NCBI GenBank assembly: GCA_038869535.1
Contig: JAWCQY010000001.1
Span: forward strand, 1 to 52,204
Direction of reading: 5' to 3'
Length of the DNA stretch: 52,204 nt
Source of the DNA: Candidatus Pacearchaeota archaeon
GTDB lineage: Archaea > Nanobdellota > Nanobdellia > Pacearchaeales > GW2011-AR1
Both the position numbers and the translations under genes were made by a program. Position 1 is the stretch's first letter; each line of letters opens with the position of its first letter. Below the pieces are notes generated by a model. That model saw only the letters and a list, made by a program, of their open reading frames with translations. It searched no databases and was not told the origin of the DNA. Positions 51,847-52,204 of this stretch are shown piece after piece.

Positions 51847-52204
51847 TCATACTGCTGCTTCCTCTGGAAATAATTCCAGCTGTAACGATTCAGATTTTAT
51901 AAAACTTTTTAATTCCTGTATAATCTTATAAAATATAGGCAGGTATCTATCATCTATTAAGTTATTTTCATCTCCAATTATTGAATATAAATCTTCAGTT
52001 TTATGCGGTGTATTTATTACAAGAGGAGTATTTGATCTTTCTAATTCTTTTAATGCTGTAACCGTTACTCCCATTACATCTTTCGTCCAGCTGAAACTAA
52101 TCCCTGTAATAAATATTTTATTTAATTCACTCTCATTTAATTCACATACTTCGCATACATATTTTTTCAGCTCATTTAATAATCTCTTTAATTCATCAGT
52201 TATA
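51847..52204 (-). CDS. hypothetical protein, 5' end beyond the right window edge
   Basis: The frame of track ORF 51847-52074 stays open upstream to base 52203 (ITDELKRLLNELKKYVCEVCELNESELNKIFITGISFSWTKDVMGVT...). Confidence 0.45.
   Translation of the reverse strand, partial: ITDELKRLLNELKKYVCEVCELNESELNKIFITGISFSWTKDVMGVTVTALKELERSNTPLVINTPHKTEDLYSIIGDENNLIDDRYLPIFYKIIQELKSFIKSESLQLELFPEEAAV

Larger units (their letters stand above)
1..52204. mobile_element. temperate tailed-phage genome, excised/attP configuration (near-complete or complete)
   Basis: Lysogeny switch, integrase + attP, recombination, replication, packaging, head, tail and lysis modules. No housekeeping genes. int/att lie internally rather than at an end. 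Confidence 0.85.

Noticed and set aside
1-52204. An integrated prophage with host flanks in the window
   Set aside because: No host housekeeping genes are present. The integrase and att site are internal with both arms present, and only a partial tRNA is found, so this is the attP form and not attL/attR.

Overview
AT-rich window (roughly 30% G+C by eye). It reads as an essentially complete temperate tailed-phage genome in its non-integrated (attP) form, with no host chromosome visible.

Layout:
- 114-5479 (minus): leftward early operon with a Cro-like HTH, an excisionase-like HTH, a Cas4-like exonuclease and a RecT-like annealase.
- 5611-6252 (plus): divergent CI/LexA-type S24 repressor.
- 6301-9172 (plus): co-oriented small membrane and secreted proteins.
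- 9234-11947 (minus): accessory island.
- 12105-13271: tyrosine integrase. Its attP is built from the 3' half of tRNA-Asp(GTC), flanked by four AGTGTTATA arm repeats.
- 13665-15003: HigB/HigA/SecB-like tripartite toxin-antitoxin-chaperone (TAC) operon.
- 15.1-52.2 kb (minus): one replication and late block. In transcription order (high to low coordinates) it holds a DUF4373/DnaD-like initiator, a DUF1064 nuclease, Gp37/Gp68, terminase small and large subunits, portal, scaffold, major capsid, connector and tail proteins, a BNR-propeller tail spike, fibres, an embedded lysis cassette (holin, GH24 endolysin, unimolecular-spanin-like lipoprotein), a GNAT acetyltransferase and a 2822-aa polyvalent virion protein with a ParB/Srx domain.

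No tail tube, sheath or tape-measure gene is recognisable, so the virion is probably podovirus-like. Shine-Dalgarno sites are used throughout.

The most unusual signal is a family of at least 19 copies of a GC-rich palindromic mini-element. The full form is 63 nt and the core is the exact 20-mer GGGAATCCATTCCTTCGGAA. It has no stop codon in any of the six frames, and 17 of the 19 copies sit inside ORFs of unrelated genes without breaking them. One copy splits the spanin signal peptide.

Other non-standard signals:
- four conserved box + hairpin + U-tract modules immediately 5' of late genes;
- a 22/23-nt box shared by the two largest late-region gaps;
- a GC-rich three-helix element at 51217-51280;
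- a 16-bp-stem hairpin inside the giant ORF;
- iteron-like repeats inside the initiator gene.

All family names are motif-level calls made by eye. No database search was run.
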